Source: an archaeon (GTDB lineage Archaea > Nanobdellota > Nanobdellia > Pacearchaeales > GW2011-AR1). From it: 38,756 nt of DNA. The first letter of the stretch is position 1, and each line of letters opens with the position of its first letter. Shown one piece after another: positions 31,493 through 38,756 of the stretch. A model generated the notes under the pieces. It was not told the origin of the DNA, did no database searches, and worked only from the letters and a program-made list of their open reading frames with translations. The stretch covers positions 1 to 38,756 of the forward strand of contig JAUVHP010000001.1 of the NCBI GenBank assembly GCA_030593225.1, in the 5' to 3' direction. Made by a program: the position numbers and the translations under genes.

Positions 31493-33744
31493 AAATAAAA
31501 TCTATAAAATCTATAAAAGATTTTCATATTTACAAAAACTTCGAGTGGGATTCTCTACCAGAATTTAAAAAATATAATTTATTTTTTGGGCATAATGGAT
31601 CTGGAAAAACAACTCTATCTAAAATATTTTTATCTATTGAAAAAAAAGAAAAGCCAGAAAAAGGAATTTTTATTATAGAAGATTTTGAAAACAATAAAAT
31701 AAATTCAAATGACTTAGAAACTTTTGAAGATTCAAGCATTTTTAAAACTTTTAATTCAGCTTTTGTTTCTCAAAATATTTCTTTTGATGATTTAAATCCA
31801 AAATGTAATCCTATTTTGTGTATGGGAGAAAAAAATATTGAGACAAAAAAAGAAATTAAGACTAAAGAAGAAAATTTGAAAAATCTAAATGAAGGATTAG
31901 AACTTTCAAAAAAAGAAAGATTGAGTCTAGAAAATAATTTAGATGAAAAAAATAAAGAACTTGCAAGAGAAATAAAAAATATAATTAATTGTAATAAACT
32001 TGGAGATTTCTATTATTCTTATGATAAAAGCAATATTTTAAGAAAAATTGAAGAAGGACTGGATAGCTTAGAAGAAATTTCTAAAGAAAGATATGATGAT
32101 TTAAGAAAAATCATTTCTTCAAAAAAAATTAGTAGAATTGAAATTAAGCAAAAAAATCAAGATATGAAATTTAATTTTGAAGATTTTATTGAAAACTCTA
32201 AAGTACTTTTATCAAAAACTATTATTTCTAATTCAATAGAAAAACTTAAATGTGATTCGGAACTTAATGATTGGACAAGAGTTGGGCTTGATTTGCATAC
32301 CAAAAGAGAAGAGTCTGAATGTCTTTTTTGTGGAAAAAAATTGAATGAAGATTTAATAGAAAAATTAAATGGTCATTTTAATGATGAATCAAAAAGAATG
32401 ATTGCCGAAATAGATTCCTTAAAGAATTCGATAAATACAAATTTTGTTCTAGAACAACCCGTTTTAATAAATTTTCACTTAAAATTTGAAAATAAAATTG
32501 AAGAGATATTAGGAGAATTTAAAATAATAAATTCTAAATTTCATTTATTTAAAGAGCAAATTGATAATCTATTTTCCCAAAAGAAAAAAAACTTTTTTGA
32601 AACATATGATATTCCTGATTATAAATTTTACAATGAATATCAAAATTTAATCAATAAAATTAACAAGATAATAACTGAAAATAATAATCTTGTAGAAAAT
32701 TATGAAGAAGAGATTAATATCGCAAGAAAAGGAATAGAAAATTACCATTTAAAGATATCATTAAATGATGAATATTTTAATAAAAAAATTAAAATAAATA
32801 AACTACAAAAAGAAATCGAAGATTCAACTCAAAAGTGTAAAAAAGTATCAACAGAAATAATATCATTAAAAGATAGTATTTCAAACTTTTTTCTAGGAAA
32901 AGATAATATAAATAAATATTTAGATCAATGTTTTGGACATAAATATATTAATTTAGACTTTGATGACGAGACTAAATCGTACAAAGTTTTAAGAGAAGGT
33001 CGTATAGCAGAAAATCTAAGTGAAGGCGAAAAAACAGCAATAGCTTTTGCTTACTTTTTAGCAAAGCTGAGAGAAGATGGTTTTAATCTAAGCGAATCTA
33101 TTGTCTTTATTGATGACCCTATTTCAAGTTTTGATTCAAATAGAATTTATCTTTGTGCATCTTTGATAAAAAGAACTTTTAATGAAGTGGGTCAATTTTT
33201 TATATCAACTCATAATTTTGAATTTTTTAATCTAATGAAAGATTGGATGAAAAATAAGAATAAAAATAAAGACAACCCAAAATCTGAATTTTATTTTATA
33301 AAAAGAACAAAATGCAAGGGGGAAAGTAAATCTTTAATAGAAGAAATGAATAGAACACTTAAAAATTACAAATCAGAATACCATTATTTATTTTATTTAT
33401 TGGATTGCTTTTTACAAGATAATGAAAATATGGCATATTCAGAATTCTATTTAATTGGTAATGTTGCTAGGAAATTTACAGAAACTTTTCTGAGTTTTAA
33501 AGTTCCAAATTCGAGAGATGTTTCCAGTAAACTAGATGTTTTAATAAAAGAAATAGAATTTAGTGAAATTCAAAAAGAGAGATTGCAAAAAATGCTTAAT
33601 GATGGGTCACATGCTGGAGATATATATAATGCAATTCACCACAAAGATAAAGAAGAATTTGTAGAAATGATAAAAGATTTAATGAGTTTTGTAAAAAAAA
33701 TTGATAAAATTCATTATGATTTTTTAATGAAGGAGATTCAATAA
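31489..33744 (+). CDS. RloC/PrrC-like AAA_13 ABC-type ATPase with coiled-coil CxxC insertion; putative anticodon nuclease / abortive-infection protein
   Basis: Walker A GHNGSGKTT. A ~450-aa Lys/Glu/Asn-rich coiled-coil-like insertion containing CLFC (32320-32331). Signature-like LSEGEKTAIAFAYFLA, Walker B IVFIDDPISSFD, STHN. The C-terminal domain has NVARKFTETF (R-x3-E) and NDGSHAGD. Confidence 0.75.
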   Translation: MKIKSIKSIKDFHIYKNFEWDSLPEFKKYNLFFGHNGSGKTTLSKIFLSIEKKEKPEKGIFIIEDFENNKINSNDLETFEDSSIFKTFNSAFVSQNISFDDLNPKCNPILCMGEKNIETKKEIKTKEENLKNLNEGLELSKKERLSLENNLDEKNKELAREIKNIINCNKLGDFYYSYDKSNILRKIEEGLDSLEEISKERYDDLRKIISSKKISRIEIKQKNQDMKFNFEDFIENSKVLLSKTIISNSIEKLKCDSELNDWTRVGLDLHTKREESECLFCGKKLNEDLIEKLNGHFNDESKRMIAEIDSLKNSINTNFVLEQPVLINFHLKFENKIEEILGEFKIINSKFHLFKEQIDNLFSQKKKNFFETYDIPDYKFYNEYQNLINKINKIITENNNLVENYEEEINIARKGIENYHLKISLNDEYFNKKIKINKLQKEIEDSTQKCKKVSTEIISLKDSISNFFLGKDNINKYLDQCFGHKYINLDFDDETKSYKVLREGRIAENLSEGEKTAIAFAYFLAKLREDGFNLSESIVFIDDPISSFDSNRIYLCASLIKRTFNEVGQFFISTHNFEFFNLMKDWMKNKNKNKDNPKSEFYFIKRTKCKGESKSLIEEMNRTLKNYKSEYHYLFYLLDCFLQDNENMAYSEFYLIGNVARKFTETFLSFKVPNSRDVSSKLDVLIKEIEFSEIQKERLQKMLNDGSHAGDIYNAIHHKDKEEFVEMIKDLMSFVKKIDKIHYDFLMKEIQ

Positions 33745-33745
33745 G

Positions 33746-34867
33746 ATGAAAGGAGATATTAAAAGAAAATCAAAAAAGAAAATGCTATTTATAGCGCCAT
33801 CGCCATTATATTTAGAAAAAGGGTCATCTCTAAGGATGCATTCAATTCTAGAGAAACTATCAAAGCACTATGAAATAGATTTAGTAACTTATTCTTTGGG
33901 GAAGGAGTTTAAATTAAAAAATGTAAAAATTAATCGCACCCCAAAATGGTTTATGCCAGAACTTCCTGTTGGAAAACCTACGAAATCAAAAATATTATTA
34001 GATTTTTTTATGTTGTTAAAAGCAGTAAAATTATCTTGTATAAATAAATATGATGTAATTCATTGTGAAGATTTTGAAGGAATTGGAATTGGTTATTTTA
34101 TTGGGTGGTTAAATTGGAAATCAAGATATGTTTATGATTTGCATAATAGAATATTAGACAATATTCATCTTAATTCAAAACCAAATAAAATTAAAGATAA
34201 TCTTTTAAAATTTTTAGAAAAAAAATTTGCAAATAAATCAGATAAAATAATTTTAAATTGGGGCAAATATTTACAAGATGATTTTTTTAAAGACAGAGAT
34301 AAATTTCTTTATTATGACCCGTTAGAATTATCTGTAGAAAAGATAGATTTACCTGCAAAAAAATATTTGATTTATTCTGGAAACTTTGAAGAGTATCAAG
34401 GATTGAGTGATTTTATTCCAATATTTCTAAAATTTAAAACTGATATTAAACTTATTTTGGTTGGAAATCCTAGTGAGAAAATAAAAGAATTAATAAAAAA
34501 TAATAAGGCTGAAAATAGAATAATTTTAATGGGAAGACTTTCTATAAAAAAGACAAATTATCTTATAAAAAATTCTTTGGCGGGGATTTTGCCGAGGAGG
34601 TCTGGTTCTTGTATGAAGGCGATTCATTATTTCTTGTGGGAAAAATCAGTAATAGCAAAAAATACTTTTTCGAATAGAGAACTTATAAAAAATAATTATA
34701 ATGGATTTTTATATAAAACAGATAGAGAATTAGAAAATATCTTAAAAGAAATATTGAATGGAAAGAAAAAAATTTTTGAAAAATTAAATAAAGGAATATT
34801 GGAAACACGTAAGAAAATTTTTAATATTTGGGACAATGAGGGGTTTATTAGAGAATATGAAAGATAA
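33746..34867 (+). CDS. GT4-family glycosyltransferase
   Basis: N-terminus MLFIAPSPLYLEKGSS and an overall GT-B layout. The C-terminal donor-binding region is divergent. Confidence 0.75.
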   Translation: MKGDIKRKSKKKMLFIAPSPLYLEKGSSLRMHSILEKLSKHYEIDLVTYSLGKEFKLKNVKINRTPKWFMPELPVGKPTKSKILLDFFMLLKAVKLSCINKYDVIHCEDFEGIGIGYFIGWLNWKSRYVYDLHNRILDNIHLNSKPNKIKDNLLKFLEKKFANKSDKIILNWGKYLQDDFFKDRDKFLYYDPLELSVEKIDLPAKKYLIYSGNFEEYQGLSDFIPIFLKFKTDIKLILVGNPSEKIKELIKNNKAENRIILMGRLSIKKTNYLIKNSLAGILPRRSGSCMKAIHYFLWEKSVIAKNTFSNRELIKNNYNGFLYKTDRELENILKEILNGKKKIFEKLNKGILETRKKIFNIWDNEGFIREYER

Positions 34868-35639
34868 AAAGATGAAAGTTTCTATAATTATTCCTGTATA
34901 TAATGGGGCAAAAACCTTAGAAAAAGCAATAAAAAGTGTAATTGTCCAAAAAAATTCAAACATAAATTTAGTGATTATAGATGGGGGTTCGACAGATGGA
35001 ACATTAGATATTATTAATAAATATAAATCAGAAATAGATTATTATATTAGCGAGCCAGACAAAGGCATTTACGATGCTATGAATAAAGGGATTAAAAAAT
35101 CAAAAGGAGATGTCCTTTATTTTTTAGGAAGTGATGATTACTTATGTAGTAAAAATGTGATTAAAGATATAATTAAAAAATTTGAAAAGACTGGTGCAGA
35201 TATTATTTATGGAAATGTTAATAAATATTCTAAAAAATATAATTATTCATATATTATTAACAAACGAATTTCATTGGGGGGGCTTAAAAGAGGTAATAAG
35301 ATAGTTCACCAGGCATTATTTGTAAAAAAAGATTTGATGATTTCATGTAATCTTTTTAATTTGAATTATAAAATTGCTTCTGATTTTGATTTCGAATGTA
35401 AATGTTTTTTAAAAACAAAAAAGATTTATTATCTTAATGAGAACATTTCTTTTTATTGTGCTGATGGCACTAGTTCAAATTTAAATAAAAGTTATAATGA
35501 GACATCAATAATTATTAGGAAGTATTTTGGTTATTATTTTTATATCAGATATAAAATGACTCGTGTTTTTCGTTTGATGATTTTTAATTTTTTAATTAAA
35601 ACAAAATTGATAAAGAATTATTATAATTTACAAAAATGA
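34857..35639 (+). CDS. GT2 glycosyltransferase
   Basis: KVSIIIPVYNG, IDGGSTDGT and YFLGSDD motifs. Alternative start at 34872. Confidence 0.85.
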   Translation: MKDKKMKVSIIIPVYNGAKTLEKAIKSVIVQKNSNINLVIIDGGSTDGTLDIINKYKSEIDYYISEPDKGIYDAMNKGIKKSKGDVLYFLGSDDYLCSKNVIKDIIKKFEKTGADIIYGNVNKYSKKYNYSYIINKRISLGGLKRGNKIVHQALFVKKDLMISCNLFNLNYKIASDFDFECKCFLKTKKIYYLNENISFYCADGTSSNLNKSYNETSIIIRKYFGYYFYIRYKMTRVFRLMIFNFLIKTKLIKNYYNLQK

Positions 35640-36607
35640 AAAATGAAAAATATCCTCTAGTAAGTATTGTGTTATTAAATTGGAATGGTTTAAAATATTT
35701 AAAAAAAACAGTCCCTGCAATTCTTAAATTAAATTATCCTAATTATGAATTTATTGTAGTTGATAATGGGTCTATCGATGGAAGTATTGGTTTTATTAAA
35801 AAAAATAAAAAAATAAAATTGATAAAAAATAAAAAAAATTTGGGATATTCAAAAGGGAAAAATATTGGTGCAAAGAAAGCTAAGGGGAAATATATTTTAC
35901 TTTTGGATAACGATATATTAGTAAAAGATAAAAAAATTTTAGAAAAATTAGTAAAAATATACAAAAAAGAAATGGGATTTATACAAATTCCATTGGTAGA
36001 CTCAGATAAAAAAGAAACTATTTATTATGGATTATATTTTAACAGATTAAGATTCAGAAAAAAAATAAAATCAATATCAATTAATAAAATAATTAACTAT
36101 TCCTCAAAACTTATTCCTATTGGGGGGGCTACTGGAGCATGCATGTTTATTTTAAATAAAAATTGGGGGGAAATTGGAAAATTTGATGAATCTCAAAAAT
36201 TCAATATAGATGATATAGATATTGGTCCAAGAGCAATAATATTGGGATTCAAAAATTACCTCTACACATCTTCTTATTTTATACATTTAGGAATAAAATC
36301 TTCGAAAAATAATAAAATGAATAAACTTAGATACTCTCTTACATTTTTTGGAACAACTAGAAGCATTATTAAAAATTGTAAATTTATAAATTTGCCTGTA
36401 ATCCTATCAATGTATCTATTAAAATATTTTTTTCTTCTCATATTTTATTTTTTTGCAAATAAGAATATTTTTTATTGCATTCTTAATTCTTTTAAAATAT
36501 CTTTTTTTTTATTTCCAGACACCTTAAAGCAAAGAAAGAAAATTCAATCAAAAAGAATAATAAAAGAGGATACCTTCTTAAAAATAAAGCCCCCAAAATT
36601 TGATTAA
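35636..36607 (+). CDS. GT2 glycosyltransferase
   Basis: VSIVLLNWNG, VDNGSIDGS and LLLDNDI motifs. Confidence 0.85.
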   Translation: MKNEKYPLVSIVLLNWNGLKYLKKTVPAILKLNYPNYEFIVVDNGSIDGSIGFIKKNKKIKLIKNKKNLGYSKGKNIGAKKAKGKYILLLDNDILVKDKKILEKLVKIYKKEMGFIQIPLVDSDKKETIYYGLYFNRLRFRKKIKSISINKIINYSSKLIPIGGATGACMFILNKNWGEIGKFDESQKFNIDDIDIGPRAIILGFKNYLYTSSYFIHLGIKSSKNNKMNKLRYSLTFFGTTRSIIKNCKFINLPVILSMYLLKYFFLLIFYFFANKNIFYCILNSFKISFFLFPDTLKQRKKIQSKRIIKEDTFLKIKPPKFD

Positions 36608-36608
36608 A

Positions 36609-37865
36609 ATGTTAAAAAATAAATACAATCAGCACAAAGAAACAATTGATAATTTTTTCTGGAGAGCCTTGCAAATGGGAGGAAAACAAGGAATTACTTT
36701 TATTATTTTTATTTTGGCTGCAAAACTTTTAATTCCTTACGATTTTGGAATCTATAATTATACCTTGGCAATAATATTTCTTTTAATCATGTTTGCTGAC
36801 TTTGGTATTTCAACAGCAACATCAAAATATGTAGCAGAATATAATGCCACGGATAAGGAAAAATTGAAATCTGTTTTATTTAATTCAGGAATTATTATAT
36901 TTGGATTGACTTTAATGATTGGATTAATTGCCATTTTCTTTGGAAAATTTTATCTCAAAGAGAATTATATTTATGTTCTTTATCTTTTACCTTTAATCTT
37001 TCTTATTCCAATGACTTCTCTTTATGATGGAATTTATAGAGGACTAAAAAAATTTAAATATTTGTCAATAATTTCTATTCTTGTTGGATTATTTTCTTTA
37101 AGTTTCGTTTATATTCTAATAAAACAATATGGATTAATTGGTGCATTGATTGCTCAGAATTTGTTCTATTTTATTTTATTTTTAGCCCTAGCTTTAGGAT
37201 ATAAAGAATTTCATTTTAAATTAAATAAGAGTGTAATAAAAGAAATTGGGAAATATTCTTTTATTATTGGAATATCTGGTTTAGGTTTTTTTCTTTATAC
37301 AAGAATAGGAGTTTTAATATTAGGACACTTTGGATATATTATTGAGATAGGATATTATGAAATTATTACTAAAATATTTTTAATTCTGGCAATTCCTTTT
37401 ACAATATTGGGACAAGTAATCGCCCCAAACATTACAGAATTGACCTCCAAAAAAAAGCATAATTTGGTTAGAGTTCAGTTTACAAAATATTTGTTTGTTT
37501 CAATATCTATTGGAATAATCTTGGCTTTAATCATTTTCTTTGCTCTGCCGATTATAATAAAATTATTTTTGCCAGAATATTTTAATCAAGATTTTTTAGT
37601 AATGCTTACACTTTTACTTATTATTTTCCCATTGACTGCGACCTCTGGATTGTTGGCTAATGGGTTTACTGTAGCCACCGGAAAAGCAAAATATAGCTTA
37701 TTAACCATCCCTTTTGGAATTGTTAATATATTTTTATCATTAATTTTTATCATTAATTTCGGGTTTATAGGAGTTATCTATGCAATGGTAATTTCTTCAA
37801 CTTTAAATAGAATTCTTACTTATTATTTATTATATAAAAACTTAAAGAGTTCAGAAAAAAAATGA
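36609..37865 (+). CDS. Wzx-like polysaccharide/oligosaccharide flippase (MOP superfamily)
   Basis: About 12 predicted TM helices, a typical N-terminus with FFWRALQMGGKQGITFIIFILAAKLL, and its position in a glycosylation cluster. Confidence 0.82.
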   Translation: MLKNKYNQHKETIDNFFWRALQMGGKQGITFIIFILAAKLLIPYDFGIYNYTLAIIFLLIMFADFGISTATSKYVAEYNATDKEKLKSVLFNSGIIIFGLTLMIGLIAIFFGKFYLKENYIYVLYLLPLIFLIPMTSLYDGIYRGLKKFKYLSIISILVGLFSLSFVYILIKQYGLIGALIAQNLFYFILFLALALGYKEFHFKLNKSVIKEIGKYSFIIGISGLGFFLYTRIGVLILGHFGYIIEIGYYEIITKIFLILAIPFTILGQVIAPNITELTSKKKHNLVRVQFTKYLFVSISIGIILALIIFFALPIIIKLFLPEYFNQDFLVMLTLLLIIFPLTATSGLLANGFTVATGKAKYSLLTIPFGIVNIFLSLIFIINFGFIGVIYAMVISSTLNRILTYYLLYKNLKSSEKK

Positions 37866-38482
37866 AAAAACAAGTAAATAAAAAGCACTATAATTTTTTG
37901 AAATATGTAGATAAAAAAAGATTTATGTCTTATTATTATCAAATAAGAGAAATTTATTCATCTAAGCCAAAAAAAATACTTGAGATTGGAGTGGGGAATA
38001 ATTTTGTTAAAAAGATATGCCAAAATGATTTTAACTATACTACTTTAGATTTGGACAAAGAACTAAATCCAGATATAGTTGGAAGTGTATTGAAAATTCC
38101 CAAAGAAAAGGATAGTTTTGATTTTGTTTTATGTTGTCAAGTTCTTGAGCATTTACCACCAAATAATTTTGAAAAAGCATTAAAAGAATTAGCAAGGGTT
38201 TCAAAGAAAGATGTTCTTCTTAGTTTGCCTTATTCTGGGAATGATGTCGGATTTCAGATAAAAATTCCTTTTGTTGGAACAGTATCCTTTTCTAAAAGAA
38301 TCTCCAAATTTTATAGAAAACATAAATTTGATGGGCAACATTATTGGGAAGTTGGAACAAAAGGTTATTCATTAATAAAGATAAAAAAAATCATATCAAA
38401 ATATTTTAAAATAAAAAAAATAATTCATCCTTATGAAAATAAATATCATATTTTTTTTAAAATTGAGAAAAAAATAATATGA
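37862..38482 (+). CDS. Class I SAM-dependent methyltransferase
   Basis: Motif I ILEIGVGNN and post-II FDFVLCCQVLEHL. Confidence 0.85.
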   Translation: MKKQVNKKHYNFLKYVDKKRFMSYYYQIREIYSSKPKKILEIGVGNNFVKKICQNDFNYTTLDLDKELNPDIVGSVLKIPKEKDSFDFVLCCQVLEHLPPNNFEKALKELARVSKKDVLLSLPYSGNDVGFQIKIPFVGTVSFSKRISKFYRKHKFDGQHYWEVGTKGYSLIKIKKIISKYFKIKKIIHPYENKYHIFFKIEKKII

Positions 38483-38756
38483 AAAAAGAAAATAAACCTC
38501 AAATTTCAGTGGTAATGTCTACATACAAGGAGCCTCTCGAATGGATAACTGAAAGTATTGAATCCATATTAAATCAAACTTTTGGAGATTTTGAATTTAT
38601 AATTATTAATGATAACCCAAAAAGAAAAGAATTAAGAAATTTCTTAAAGAATTATGTTCCAAATTTTTATGATAATAAAATTTCGATAGATTCTCGTCAT
38701 ATCGATGCGCAGGAATTTGATATACTTGATAACAAATCTGCACGAAAATTTATGAA
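38479..38756 (+). CDS. GT2 glycosyltransferase, 3' end outside the window
   Basis: ISVVMSTYKEPLEWITESIESILNQTFGDFEFIIINDNP. ATGA overlap with the preceding gene. The frame is open to the window end. Confidence 0.8.
   Translation, partial: MKKENKPQISVVMSTYKEPLEWITESIESILNQTFGDFEFIIINDNPKRKELRNFLKNYVPNFYDNKISIDSRHIDAQEFDILDNKSARKFM

Overview
AT-rich archaeal sequence with a DPANN-like gene set: TFS, Sec11-type signal peptidase, Cdc48/VAT ATPases, an Nre-family protein, type IA topoisomerase, and promoters with a TATA box about 20-25 nt from the start codon. Host backbone: a secreted lipase-PKD-DUF1566 protein, a Fic protein, Nre, topA, a metallophosphoesterase, a small wHTH regulator, tRNA-Lys(CUU), two convergent TFS paralogues, signal peptidase, two Cdc48 operons, and a surface-glycosylation cluster at 29.1-38.7 kb (GT2/GT4, epimerase, flippase, methyltransferase). 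Three apparent insertions stand out. (1) An ~8.7-kb integrated virus-like element (11593-20292) is bounded by 19-nt direct repeats. It carries an integrase, a small packaging-type ATPase, a capsid/membrane/fibre operon and an array of ten GATATCA iterons. It sits in the 5' end of the tfs gene, not in a tRNA, and appears to supply a replacement promoter. (2) A free-standing LAGLIDADG homing-endonuclease cassette (4299-5499) replaced the 3' end of the nre gene, and the displaced original 3' end remains as a remnant at 5500-5688. (3) A 751-aa RloC/PrrC-like ABC-ATPase, a putative anticodon nuclease, sits in the glycosylation operron directly after a truncated GT4 gene stub. Smaller observations include a conserved 51-nt element shared by the hsp20-like/cdc48 leader and the region downstream of the wHTH gene, a duplicated tRNA-Lys 5' end, duplicated promoters, and a Fic protein without its catalytic His. 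All functional calls come from reading motifs in the translations; no database search was possible.
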